A stretch of DNA of 63,922 nt, the filler included, from Olpidium bornovanus S191 (lineage: Eukaryota; Fungi; Olpidiomycota): NCBI GenBank assembly GCA_017911155.1. It is 31 parts of 31 records of this genome, joined end to end, with 100 filler letters (N's around TTAATTAATTAA, not from the genome) between each part and the next. Parts side by side here need not be neighbours in the genome. Positions count along the whole stretch, not along the records: positions 35,455 to 39,537 come from JAEFCI010006731.1; positions 39,638 to 43,127 come from JAEFCI010005847.1; positions 43,228 to 44,878 come from JAEFCI010006897.1; positions 44,979 to 47,542 come from JAEFCI010010332.1; positions 47,643 to 50,026 come from JAEFCI010006102.1; positions 50,127 to 52,451 come from JAEFCI010013237.1; 25 more parts are not named here. One strand, given 5' to 3'. Shown here piece by piece: positions 38,403-51,086 of this stretch. Under the pieces are notes generated by a model, which worked only from the letters and a program-made list of their open reading frames with translations, ran no database searches and was not told where the DNA came from. Within the stretch, counting starts at the first letter, position 1, and each line of letters opens with the position of its first letter. The position numbers were made by a program, and so were the translations under genes.

Positions 38403-38935
38403 AAGGGGGGGAGGAGGGGGAGGGGGGAAAGGACCACACAGGGCTGCTCGTCCACCTCCCGGTAATGTTAACCTCCGCGCCCCCCGCCTGCGCGGGGCCG
38501 CCACTGTTCCTGGTCGCTCTTCGACCGTTTGCGTGCCGCGACGGGCGGGTGGAAGAACAGAAGTACCGAACGACGGACGAGGGAGGTTCGCTCTGCGACA
38601 ACGCGGTGAACAGTATTAGCCGGGTTTGTGTGTCGCATAACAACTCTCCCGCTGCTTCGTGATTGCTAAGTTCATTCATAACGTGAACGGCAACTACTGC
38701 CAGTTCGTATTGAATCCCTTGGCTATTGCCGTCAGCCTTTCACAGTACTCGACAATGTTGATCACCTCAGCCGCAGCCGCCGCCTTTCCCCTCCCGCTAA
38801 ATACGTTGCTTTCGGTGAATTAGTTTAAGCATTGTTGGCAGTACCGAAGGTGCTCGGCACAGTTATCCGCTGAACATACGGAGCTGCCGAGCCGGGCGGA
38901 TGTACGGCGTTCACTTCCCTCTCCCAAGCAGATGT

Positions 38936-39537
38936 TTACAACGTTCCCCACTTGCCGACCAAGGCGACCTTTTCCTTCACACTTTCAGTGCCAACAAAGC
39001 TCCCGGCGTCGTTCCCCCCCGACCTCGCGACGTCCTCGAGCACAGCCTCGACGGACTCCCAGGGATCTCTGCCGCCGCCCCAGCTGAGGACGTGCTCGCG
39101 GTACCGGCGGCCCGCCTCACGGTCGAGGGGATCCGTCGCGAAATTCGCACGCCAGATCTGTCCCGCGAGGGCCTTGCCGAAAATGTAAGAGTAGTAACCC
39201 GCCCCGTAGCCGTGCAGATGTGAGAACTGGCCTTGCCATGTCGAAGCCCACGAGCTGGACGAAGAGGAATCGCTGTCAAAGAGGCCGTGCCGGGCCTGGA
39301 GGGCGTGGTAGATCTGTGTCGAGAAGTGGTCGAAGGAGGAAGAGGACGACGGGGACGTGGTGTGAAGCTCTACGTCGAGTTTTGCCAGCAAAATCTGTTC
39401 GAAAGGGTCAACGGCGGAGAGGAAATCCCGGTCGCGTTTGTAGGACTCCAGGATGCCCGGCGGGAGAGGCTCGTCCGTTTTGTAGTGCCGCGCGAAAAGG
39501 CCGACCACCCGCGGGTCCGAGGCAAACGATTCCATGA
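38936..39537 (-). CDS. OCT1: Mitochondrial intermediate peptidase (M3 family), C-terminal part
   Basis: MESFASDPRVVGLFARHYKTDEPLP...QGQFSHLHGYGAGYYSYIFGKALAGQIW...AGRRYREHVLSWGGGRDPW. Confidence 0.9.
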
Positions 39538-41907
39538 NNNNNNNNNNNNNNNNNNNNNNNNNNNNNNNNNNNNNNNNNNNNTTAATTAATTAANNNNNNN
39601 NNNNNNNNNNNNNNNNNNNNNNNNNNNNNNNNNNNNNCATGGGCGTGTCTTGCCACGTCCAGAATTACGGCGAGACCCGCGGCCTGAGGCCGAGGCCGAC
39701 AGGTCCGCTGATGAACCGAAAATGAAAAAAGGAAAAAAAAAAAATTCTGCGGGAGGAGGGGACTTTTTCGACCGCACGTGTGCACATTTTGGGTGAGTCT
39801 GAAAAAGGGAGGAGAGCAGAAAGGGGAAAAGGGCGGGAGGGGGTTGTGGGGAGGGGGGGGGGGCAGAACAGGTTGCTAGTTTGGAGAGGAATTACGCGCC
39901 CGGGTCTGACTTTGTCGGTGACGCCGGTCAGGTCGTCCACGGCAAACGAGAGCCAAGCACAAGGTTGCCGAACAGAAGGAAACATAAGGTTGCGCGCGAC
40001 TCCGCCCTGAGTTGACAAAAAGTCGTAACCACCGCAACCGCGGAAAGAAGCCGGCATTTCATTGCAGAGGAAACACGTCCCCCGGGAACCCCGATGCGCC
40101 GACTTTCTCGGGGCGACGCCCAACCTCGCCCCTTTGCGAGCAACATATGCAAAGTGGTGCCCGGTACACCTGGCGTTCGGGCTTCTTCGGGCATCCTCCC
40201 GGTAACCCCCCCCCCACCTTGCGGCCAATCTTGTTGTGAACCCCTGCAGCCAACCTTAGCTGCAAATCCCCGCAGATCCTGCAAGCGGATTCCTGTTCAT
40301 AATTTCTTGCAGCAGATGCTGCGGTGAAACCTGTGGCCAACCCTGCGGCGCTGCACCCGATTTTGGCGGGAGTTTTGCGGCCAATCCTGCTTACAATTCT
40401 GTGGCACCGAAGATCCGCAGGTCAGTGCCGAGCGAGGGGGGGCGGGGGGACAGCAGTTATACTGGAAAATGAAGCGCCGAAGCGCTGGTTTGGGCATATC
40501 GACGGCGGTAACGAGAGACGTCCACGCAAAAACAGGAATGTGGCGCCAATTCAGTTGCGCGCCTACCGGCAGAATTCACGGTATGGCCCCCCCCCCTTCC
40601 CCACCCCTTGCACAGCAAACGGAACCAGTGCCCAGCGCGGACGCGGAATGTTGTCGATTTGTCGTGATGAACGGTTCCTGGGTCATCGAGGGTTTCCGGG
40701 TCGTTGGCGTGGGGACGCGATTTAGAAATCGCACATTTTGCGCTCATTCCGCCTGTGCGCTTTCATCGTCATATGCTGCTACCGCAGATACACGCGGGGC
40801 CACGTAACCGCCGGCAATTTGGCGGGCGCGTTGTCTGCGTTTGCGTTCCGCGGCAAGAATGGCCGGGTGAGCTGGGGTTTCATCAGGACACCGAGTGGCT
40901 TCATCGACAATTTTCCAGAGTATCACCGTTTTCCAGAATAGCGTGTGTGGGGAGGGAGGGAGGGAGGGAGGGAAGGGAGGGAATAGAGGGAGAGGGAGAG
41001 GGAAGAACCCCCGCGAACCGCGCCGGTCGTCGTCGCCGGTCGTCGTCGTCGTCGTCGTCAAGGGCCCCGATCGCAGAAACGCGGGTCTGGTCACGTGACA
41101 TGTCCGCGCACAGCCCGGCGGGCCCGGACGCGGCGGCGATGACGAGAAGCAGAAAAGTTCTCTCGGTTCACGGGCGGGGCGTGTTGATTTCGGAAGCCGC
41201 AGACCAAACCCGAAGCCGAAGGAGAAGAAGAGGATTGTATTCAGGGCGTGGCACCGCTATCTACTCCAGGCCTGTTTTATATGGCGGGAAGCTAGAAACT
41301 CTTACAAAGGGGGAGCAGGGGATTTTGGTGTGCGCAGTGCTCGTGCTGCTCAGCCTCCCCCTTTATTCTCGACAACCCCGCCGCCCCCACCGCCTCCCGG
41401 CTTTGCCGATGATGATTTTTCGCACGCTTGGGCGGGGCAGAAAAACCCGTCGCGGGGCGCAGAGGAAACACGGGGATGGGGCGGGGCCGGGCGTCGGGAC
41501 CAAGTCCTCGCGGCCATGGGAAGGAGGAGGAGGCCGTTGGAACCTGCGGGAGGCCCTCGTCCTCTCTTTTCCCCTCCGCCCCCCCCCCTCCTCCCTTCCC
41601 CGGATGCCAGCCGGCGAACGAAAATACTTTCCCCGGGGGATGTCGGGGTTTCCCGTCTCCCTGCCGAAGAAAGAAAATGAAATAACGAAAAAAAAAAGAA
41701 ACAAAAAAAGAAAAAGAAAGCTCTCAAAAACGCCTCCCGCCGAACGGCCGACGGCGGCGCTCAGTCTGTCCTTTCGCCCTGCCGATTGGTTTGCCCCGTG
41801 GTCAGCCCGCGAAAGTTATATAAAAAAAAAAAACTCGAGGGCGCGGCGGTCCGCCCTCAATCCCTTCTCTTCGGCAGTTGAAGCGTACGAGCCCGTACGG
41901 GACGGTG

Positions 41908-43127
41908 ATGTCGTTCAGCGACCTGCAACGCGGCGCCAGCCCGAAGAGGTCGCCGCGAACGAGGGAGTTCTTGGGGTTGGGGACACCGTCCCCCGGCCCG
42001 GCGGTCAGCGGACCGTCGCCCCTCAGCACCGTTGCGGGGGCTGCCCGCGTCGGATCGTCACCGTTGTTACCGGCTGCCCTTTCTGCTAACGGTATGGCCG
42101 GTGAGCGGCGGGGTAGGGGCCGGGGAGCGGGGAGGACGGCTCGGGAAATCGCGCGAGGTCCTGGAAGTGACAGTTTTCGGTTCCACTCGGAAGAAAAAAA
42201 ACATTGCCGCGGATCGTTTCTCGGAGTGTTGATGGTATCTCGCGGGAATTCTGCCGGTTTTGCTGCCGGTCGGGCATGCACCGGGCGTTGAGCTGCCGGC
42301 CGGGCTGTTCTCCAGAAGCCGTGTACTTCGCTTTGCTGCCTCAGAGTTGTGCCCATAACGTCGGACGGGAATGCTTGACCAGGTGCCGAGATCCCCGCCG
42401 GTTTCGGGGAACAAAGCGAAAGGAAACTCTCGTTCCACCTGCGTCCTCAGACAGCCGCGATCGCCTCTGAACGTCAAAGCCGAGACGGACCTGACGAGGT
42501 GCTCTGCTGACCGTCCACTCCCTGCGCTCGTTGCTTTGCTTTCCCGGCCAGTGGTCGCGAACGAGCTCACCTACGCGGAGTCCACGGACATGGTGGCGCA
42601 GCTCGTGTTCAGGGTGACGAACAGCACTGCTGTCATCGACCGGCTGGTGGGTTACCTCGGCACAGCGAGGGACACGCAGGAAACCCGAGATCAACTGTAT
42701 GGTCGGCGACCAGACAAGTCGCGATGGCCTCGCACGCAAGAAGTGAGATTCCTGTTTCGCTGAGACGGAGCTTGCGCGCTTTTGCAGGCACGAAGTCACG
42801 GAGTCCACGCGCGACGTCGTCAAACGAACGACGGAGCGCATCAAGTCTCTGACCGTCCTAGTGAACGAGCCCGGTGCCGATAACGTGAGAAGACCAAGCT
42901 CTCAGCCTGAACGATGTTGTCGTTTGAACGCAGCGGGCTCAGAGGGGTTTCCGCCCCCCCCCTCCCCCACCTTCCGCACCCTCCCCGATTTGGTTTCAGC
43001 GGCAACGAAAAATGGAACAGCAGAAACTTTCACGCGACTTCCAGCGCGCGGTCGAGCAGTTCCAAATCGCACAACGCCGGTCAATAGAGAGGATCAGGCA
43101 GTGCGTCGCGGTGTCCAAGGCGCATGC
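41908..43127 (+). CDS. Endosomal/vacuolar Qa-SNARE syntaxin (Pep12/STX7/SYP2 type), Habc region; exons 41908-42091, 42552-42696, 42788-42884, 43000-43127
   Basis: MSFSDLQRG start; RLVGYLGTARDTQETRDQLHEV; QRKMEQQKLSRDFQRAVEQFQIAQRRSIE. Confidence 0.85.
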
Positions 43128-44990
43128 NNNNNNNNNNNNNNNNNNNNNNNNNNNNNNNNNNNNNNNNNNNNTTAATTAATTAANNNNNNNNNNNNNNNNN
43201 NNNNNNNNNNNNNNNNNNNNNNNNNNNCATGGCACACTGGTAAGACACTCGGATCTACGACGGACGCTCATATGTTGTCTTCGTCTGATTTCGGATGCGG
43301 AAGGCCGAGAGGTCTGACCGACGGGAACTTTCGCTCGTGCGCGCCGAGGCGTTGGCTGATGAAAGCTAGAAAGCCTTTTGTGTCCCCGAGCCGGAGTCAG
43401 GTGGTGGGCAGTGGGCGCATCCTGACTCGCGGCTGCCGACTGCCGCAGCACACCAACGCTGCGACCCATCCGAGACCGCCGTGGGGGGCGGGGCCCTTGC
43501 GCAATCAGCGGTCGGCGAACAGAGGGAACGAAGGCGAACGGGCGTCCGCAACGCATTTGTGCCCGCGACAACGTTCGTCCGCGCGTGTTTTGGGGTCCGC
43601 AGACACGTTTCACAAAAGAACGCTCCTAAACGTAATGCTAAACGCAACTGCGGTGCCATTTGCCGCAGTCCGCCGTGGGAGAGGGGAGGGAAACACGGAC
43701 TGGAAGAAGGCGATCTCGGGTCGCTCCGTCCCGACAAAAGTCGAGAGGAAATACACACAAACTGGGGTCACGAAAAAAAAAAAAAAAATGGTTGGAGTAC
43801 TGTATTTTCTAGTAAGGTTCAGTTCGCACCAGGATACAGCATTGCTCGCATGCACAGCCCAAAAAATCAACAGTTGTCGATGACCACGGAAAGTTTCGAG
43901 ACAATCCCTCCGGCAGAGGGAAAAGAAAGCATGCGGAATGGTGACCGCAAATGGCAACCACACCCTCTGCGTGTTTGACTCAGCGTCCCGAGGAAGCCTG
44001 ATGTCCCATGCATTCTACAAACGGTGTTGCCGACGGCTACTTCTGGCACCGCCGGGCGGTTAGACGAATTCGTGGTCCCAATGATTACTCTTCCACAACC
44101 GCCGGCACCGTCTGTATCCACGTCATCCTTGGCACGCGCATGGTGCTGTCCTCCTTCCTTGTTGCCGAACACATCCTCGACGACTTGCTTGTGAGCCAAA
44201 CGACCATGGTCGCCCTGGGATCTGTGTCCGAAATTCCTTCGGTGTCATTCGCGTCATCGGCGTCGGCACAGTGAGGACGAACCCGGCAAAAGCTAAACGC
44301 GAAAACGTACCGCGCCCCGGACACATTGCACTACACGGACATACTACTGGTTCATTCCACCCGAAGTGACAGTGCACGTGCCGTCGCATCCCCCTCGATA
44401 TATCATTGTCCGCGCCGACGTCCGCAACGGCCCGCTTCCGCAAACTGCGCGCGCAAAGCACCGTCATCCGTCCTCAAATGGTGCGCCACCCACCGTCGAG
44501 GCCTCCCTCCCGGAGGCCGACCCTGGACGCGCAGGACATCCTCGTCAGAGAGCCGGCCGTTCAGCGCAGCCACGTACGTGCTGAACGGCGTCCCGACCGT
44601 GCCGCGCAACGCGGCACGTGCAAATGCGGCGAATCTAATAAGCAAATGCCAAGCCGCGCGCATCCACACCCCCGGTAGACGCGGCCGAGTTTGGTCTGGC
44701 GGATGCCCCGAGCAAAGCATCCGTTGCAAGGCACATAAAAAATGCCGCCTGCTTGCACATGCCGGCGGGCCGCTACGCAGCATCCCGAGCCCGCGGATTC
44801 ATTCGCGGCCCGCGAGCTTATTGGAAGTTGATGGCAATTGCTCGTGTCGCCCTGATTCTCCGGGGATGTGCCACGAAGNNNNNNNNNNNNNNNNNNNNNN
44901 NNNNNNNNNNNNNNNNNNNNNNTTAATTAATTAANNNNNNNNNNNNNNNNNNNNNNNNNNNNNNNNNNNNNNNNNNNNCATGCGTCCTCA

Positions 44991-45570
44991 TCACGACCAC
45001 TCGTCAGACTTGCTTGTCGGATGGAGCAGTACATTCGTAAAAAATTTGCTCAAGGGACAAAGCGCGCAGTTCGGGACATTTTCCGTAAGCGTCGAGACCA
45101 AACAGCAATAAACAGTCGTGTTAACGTCAGGCAGTTGCCGAATGGTTGTCATCATGAAGGGTTCTCCGCTGTTTACCATTTTCCTGCTGATGTCTCTCCA
45201 CCTGGTGGCAAGCCGTTGCGTGAACCGGCGGAAGGCAGCTGCGTGCTTGCCGTAAAGCCTTTCTGACACCAGCAGAAGGCACAGAACCAGCTCCTTTACT
45301 TCATCCTCGCTTAGGAACATCGTCCTCGTGTGGTTGCAGAGAACATGGTTAACCTCAGCCTTGAAGGAACACTGTACATCAGTGATAATTATAAGTTCCA
45401 TTATGTGAATAATTCAGGCTGCAAGTTTACGTAGATGTCTGATCCCTTATTGATGGTGAAGGGTCGGGAGTTTTTGAATTTCTTGGCAAGGTCGTCAATT
45501 TTTTCTTTGAGCAGAACCATGCCACGCAAAATGGTCCTGAGGGCGGCATTGTGGTGCTCATTGTACTAGA
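44991..45570 (-). CDS. Hypothetical spliced ORF of unknown family
   Basis: NEHHNAALRTILRGMVLLKEKIDDLAKKF...GSDIY joins in frame across a GTAAAC...TACAG intron to CSFKAEVNHVLC...DEWS*. Confidence 0.45.
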
Positions 45571-46319
45571 CCGTCGCCGTCAAATTAGCCTGTCGGGGTG
45601 GAAATGACTTCGGCCGGTGTCTGGGAATATAAGCTCTTCCTCGAGGGGCTGCAGGACGGCGGGGTGGCTAGGGCCCTTCCTGCGAAGGGGCGGGCGCGGC
45701 GGTCCACGGCCCTCTCTCGGGCAACACTCGGTACGCCCCTGCACCCGCTCCTCACTGGGCCTTTCGCCGAGCCCTTCGAAGGGCGAGTCGAAGCCCTTCC
45801 CTCTTCTTCTCTCTCCACCTAGTCCCCCTCCCGTCGACACCTCCGCCTCGTCCCAAGGAGCGCGCCGACGTGTTCGTAAGCGTCACGGTCGCAAGGCAGC
45901 CGAAGGCGGGTGAGCTCTTTTCGTTGTTTATATTTTCATTCGCAAGGTTGAGCGAGAGGTGCACTCGTGCAAAGCTTTGATGGGGAATAGCTGCGCAAGG
46001 TCCGGGTCACGTGACCCGGCCACGGAAGGGGGGCAAGACTCCCCCCTCCGACACCGTCCGCCGCGCAGGCACAAGAGATGCGGCTGCGCTTGTTCTCGGG
46101 CGGTTTGGCCTTGTGGCAAAAAGGCCAAGAATTTCATCGAGGGCTCGATGTGGCCTTGGGGTTGTGTCGGGAAGGGGGTGCCTGTTAGGGGGTGCCTGTC
46201 CTCATGTTGGGAGACGGGCGCGAGTGGGGGGAGGATAACTCCTGGGAAGGTTCACTGCTCGGGTGGGCACCAGTTGAAGGTGGGACAGACGACATCTCTG
46301 GCAAAATCTCTGGCAGAAA

Positions 46320-46530
46320 CAGTGGGGAAACGCGACAGGGAATTGCAGCGGGGAAGCAAGAAACGCTGCGGGGAAGCGCGGCAGGGTAAACGCGGCAGGG
46401 GGACGCGGCGGGGAAATGCAGCAGGGAAACGTGGCGGGGGGACTCAGTGGGGAAACGTGGTGGGGAATCACGACGGGGAAACGCGGCGGTGAAACACGGC
46501 AGGGAAACGCGGCGGCAAAACACAGCGGGG
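46320..46530. repeat. Degenerate G-rich minisatellite, unit about GGGAAACGCGGCG (13-14 bp)
   Basis: About 15 diverged copies are visible. Confidence 0.8.
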
Positions 46531-47965
46531 GGGCGGGGAGGGGGGGTGACGGCAGGGATGGGGCCCTTTTATATCCCCGGCCTACGGTTTGTTCTGGTTT
46601 CAAAAAGACATCACATGACAACAGAGTAGCCATCGTAAAGCTACAACACATCTTGGGCACGATCGCCAAAAAATTTTGTTACAACTATCAGCTAGATAAA
46701 GGCAAGCTATTCCTCCTCTCCAGTTGAACTCGGGCCAAACCGCCATTAATTTACGAATCAATTACTCTCTGGTTTGTGGACTTAACGGGATCGAGTTACC
46801 ATGTGCGATGACCATTCAGCAATGACCTCCTCTGTAGTTTTTCCCACTTCGCATTTTCCTGCAACACGTTTGTGATGGATAGGAATCTGTGAGTCCACTT
46901 CTGAAGACTGAATGCACTCCAGATTTTCTATTCTTCGAAGTAGAAGTGAACCCAGAGGAGCAACACGGGCTTCTTCTTCTTGATTCTCAAATATGAAATT
47001 AAACTGCCGTATAATGCAGAGACATCAGAGCTTGGAACGATGCAGCTGACGCAAAAAATACGTTGGATGAATCCAGGGCAACGACGTCTTCAAGGATGGC
47101 GCACAACGGCTTGGTTTGGCCTTTCTGGACGGTTACTGTGATACTCGTCCCAACCCAGCAACGATGCCCTGTTTGGGAGTTGACGTGCCAAAACCCGGTG
47201 ATCGTGAACGCCCTGTCAGAATCAGCATCCTCGTGTGCCAACAATTCTTGGACAAAGAAGTGAAATGCGTAGTGATAGGCAATCCATTTCTGGTCAGATG
47301 TGCGAAGCGAACGTCAGCAAGTGATCCAAAACAACGCTTGAACGGCTACAAACGACCGCAGTGAGCTTACAATGGGACAATGCTTGCCATGATCATATAC
47401 TGCCAAGGAGGGCCTGCCAGGCATGGATGCCCGCTTGACTTTCGGTCCTTTGAACAAACAAAAGGCAAAAATGAGGGCTTTGATACACGTACCGCTGCAG
47501 ATCGTCTTGCAGCAGTTGTACGCGGAAGGTCACGCCTTTTGCNNNNNNNNNNNNNNNNNNNNNNNNNNNNNNNNNNNNNNNNNNNNTTAATTAATTAANN
47601 NNNNNNNNNNNNNNNNNNNNNNNNNNNNNNNNNNNNNNNNNNCATGAAGGCGCTCTTTCCGGGACCATCAGCATCAATGGTGTGCAACAGGTTTAGTTTG
47701 GTTTCTCGCCTTTGTTTTGTATTTCCGCAGCAGAGGTTTTTCTCGTTACTTTAAATAAGGGCATATATGTACGACACCCCACCTCGAGGAAAACGCTGGA
47801 AATTCGAGGGAATAAATGGGAAACCTGGGAAGAACCTTAAGAAAAACGTGCGAGGATTGGAATTGGATGGAAATCGCGTCCAGCAATTACGTCCGGGAAA
47901 GCAGAGGAAATGAAAATGTGCAAGAGGAAGAAAGTGCTAATCGGCCATTCTCAACGGCCGCGACT

Positions 47966-48172
47966 TCAAATCAGCGTCGCGCTGAAGCGGCACTTTTCTC
48001 CTTCGTCACCGTCGCCGATCTCCACCTCCACAGTCTGCGCCGTCGCGTCGAAGTCGTCCACTGGTCGCATCCCAAGCTTTGAGATGCCGTCGGCGAACTT
48101 GATCTTGCTAAGCCGCTTGGTCAGAGCGTCCGCGACGTTGTCAGTGGTGCCGACGTGCTTGGCCGCGATGGT
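47966..48172 (-). mobile_element. Ty1/copia RNase H C-terminal remnant
   Basis: IAAKHVGTTDNVADALTKRLSKIKFADGISKLG. Confidence 0.8.
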
Positions 48173-48750
48173 CGGCCGGCGGGGACCAGGCTGCCGGCCC
48201 GCACCGAGCGAACCAGGCGCGCGGCGTGCACTGCGTCCGAGTCCACTCGCCGCCGTCCAGAAAACACGAGCACTCCTACCCGGCAAGGAGGACTCGCTGA
48301 GCCCGGAGGCCCCGGGAGACGGGAGGGGCCCCGCGCGGAAAGCGGGGCCTCATAAGTCGGGTGGGACCCCACGAAGCGGAGGGAGGGGCCCCAGGCAGCG
48401 TGAGCCCACGAAGTGGCCCGCTGCGTGGGGAGGGGCCCCCGGCTCCGTGGGAAAGGACCCGACGAATGGGGAGTGAATCCGCGTGGGGGGGGGCCCGTCG
48501 ATTCAGGGGACGTGAGGCTAGTCCGGAAGCCGGGAGGAGTGCGCTCGTGTTTTCTGGACGGGTCAAGGCGAGTCGACTCGACGCAGCGCGCGCCGCGAGC
48601 CTGGTTCCCGCCGGCCGGCACCCGGTGCGAGCCGGCTGCCAATCCAGTCCCCAGCGGCCGGCGATAAGAGGGGGGCGCGCGCGGGCGGGTGCTCGTGTTT
48701 TCTGGACGACGGCGAGTCGACTCGGATACAGCGCACGCCGCGCGCGCTTG
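48173..48750. mobile_element. GC-rich inverted-repeat (MITE/foldback-like) element
   Basis: Arm 48214-48273 is the near-perfect reverse complement of 48689-48750 and also of 48541-48605. GAGGGGCCCC-type motifs recur about four times internally. Confidence 0.7.
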
Positions 48751-48756
48751 TCTGTT

Positions 48757-49259
48757 TTAAAAGCGGGTGTCGCGCGTCACGATCCTCGATCCGAAACGGT
48801 TGTTCTCGTCGCGACACCCGTACTTGACAATTCCTCTGATGATGTCGGAAACGTTCGCGTAAAAATTTTTAAAACTACGCTTGTTCACGCCGAAGCTCAT
48901 CCACTCATTTCGATACCGAGGCTACAATCGTTCGAGACAACAATTTCACATACAGTGTATACGTATTCCCCGTCGCTAAAGCAATGCGCTACGAATTCGT
49001 AATTCAGGGCTCGAACGCACTGTTCCCTTTCGTCATCACCCCCGTTCGCAGTGATGTGAACTGTGTAGCCTCCTCCAGACTCTTCCACCGTTGATTCGTC
49101 TTCAAGACGTCCAAATGCGTACTGCATAATAACTTTGATAGTAGTAATTACATTGAGGTCAGTAGACTTGTTGTGTACATTGATTCCTGTTCCGAAACAT
49201 ACGGTGCCCAGGTAGAGAACCGTGACCAACGCGCCGACGAGGCACCGGCCGAACTTCAT
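48757..49259 (-). pseudogene. Intronless orphan ORF with a signal peptide, about 167 aa after repairing one 1-nt deletion
   Basis: MKFGRCLVGALVTVLYLGTVCFG... continues as GIENEWMSFGVNKRSFKNFYANVSDIIRGIVKYGC...TRF* if one A is added at gaa-a(a)t-gag (about 48908). Confidence 0.5.
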
Positions 49260-49316
49260 CGTCAAGAAGGTATAGCACTAGCAGCCTGATGTATCGTGTA
49301 ACTTATGTACAATTTG

Positions 49317-49978
49317 TCACTCTGCTGCAGTCTTGTCGTCATCCAGCTTGCGGTCTTGTTGTCGATCTGTTCGCAGTTTTGTTGTCGACCCCAGTATACG
49401 AACGTACATCGTCGGATTCTTTGTGACGTACCAGAGTTGTTCGACGACGCGGATGAAGGTTTTAGAACAAATCTCGACTTCGTCAACGAGGGACTCAATC
49501 TTCGATAGTTTGGGGAGGGAAGTGCAGATCGACAGTCTCGCGATTTACGTCGACAACGAACTGAGGGTAGTACTGGTTCGGCATAACGAGAAGGAAACGC
49601 TCGAGTGACGTGTGTTCGAAAATATCCTGAACGTACTCCAGCGCGCGGTCGTCGACAAGTTTCTCGTCCGTCACGTTCTTAACTCTTGATATATCCTTAG
49701 GAGGATTTCTCTCGATGATTAAAATCACCTTGTTCTTTTCTTGCGGCAGGATGAGAGCGGTTTTGCCGACGAAGTCCGTGTGCTTTGAAATCACGTCAGC
49801 TATCCTCAAGAAGTCGCCGCCCCCGTTTCTCAAAGTCGAGAAGGTGGACCTCGATTCCGACAACACCTCGAGCCTGTTGCCGTCGAAACGGATCTCGATC
49901 TCCGCCATGTCGATCTTTCTCGCGTACCGCCAGAACCTCCGTGTGAACCTCGCCGACCGCGGTGCGAAGGTATTTCAT
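49317..49978 (-). pseudogene. Intronless orphan ORF, about 219 aa after repairing two +1 insertions
   Basis: MKYLRTAVGEVHTEVLAVREK / IDMAEIEIRFDG...DLHFPP / KLSKIESLVDEVE...DDDKTAAE*. Both shifts lie in short A or C runs, and 662-2 = 660 nt is a whole number of codons. Confidence 0.5.
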
Positions 49979-50614
49979 TTTTGTGCGAGCGACACGCCGT
50001 ACAGCATTAGCAATACACACATTACANNNNNNNNNNNNNNNNNNNNNNNNNNNNNNNNNNNNNNNNNNNNTTAATTAATTAANNNNNNNNNNNNNNNNNN
50101 NNNNNNNNNNNNNNNNNNNNNNNNNNCATGGTGCTTAAGTAGTTAATTGCCTACAGTTATTGCATCGTCATAGCTTAGCCGGTTTTGCGAGAGCAGAAAC
50201 CGTAACCCGTAACGTAACGCGAAGTTGTTTGACAAGCTTCCCTTTTTTGCTTTCAGGCGGGGGAGAGAAACCTCAAACGACGGGGAAAAACTCCCGGAAA
50301 GGGCGCTTTGACTCTTTAAACTGCCGAGTAAAGAGGCAGCCTGCAAGAATGGAGTGGACGAATTCGAACGCATTTGGGCACAACGGGCGCCCAGTGTGAT
50401 CATGACGCGGTTTCGAAAAGGGCCGGCTAACGGCGGCGGCTCGATGTGCGAAGAATCCACCGCGAACCTTCCGGCGTTTCCCTACCGCAGGCGGCGCTCA
50501 GCAATAAAGTTCCGGAGAGGTTGTGCTGCTGGGAAGAGAGGGAGATCCGAAGGGCACATTGTGTCGGCTGCCGCCCGCGGCACCTCCGCCGGCGGTTCTG
50601 ACGACAGAGAGAAA

Positions 50615-50645
<31 letters not shown>

Positions 50646-51086
50646 GCAGCCCGCGGCAGAGGACGGGTGACACTCCAGAGACGCCGCAGGGCTCGCGCCC
50701 GAATCCCTCCCTCCGCGCGGTGCTCGCCGGCAGCGTCCGGTCATCCCGCGCGCCGCCGCCGCCGCCGCCACCCCTTTCCCGCCCCCCCTCCTCTCCCGGT
50801 CCCCTGCACCGCAGCGATCCGGAACTGAAAAAGGGAGGAGGAGGCGAGAGCGCAGTCGGAAGAAGGGAAAGACAGCGAGAGCGCCGCGGGCGGAGCGGGC
50901 GGGCGGGCGAGCGAGAGAGGCAGGCTCATAGGAGGACGGCGAGCGGGGGAAAAAGAAAAAAGAAAAAACGCAAGAAGGCCACGAGGCACGGGCTGAGAGG
51001 GAGAAGACGACCAAAAAAAAAAAAAAAAACCCCACCGAATCCGTTCCAAAAGGGCCCGGCGAGGACTTGCCCAGCAGCCCGCCGCC

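Noticed and set aside
43867-44878. RRM-like hints (TYVAALNGRLSDEDVLRV) on the minus strand
   Set aside because: No RNP1 motif or consistent exon structure could be built.
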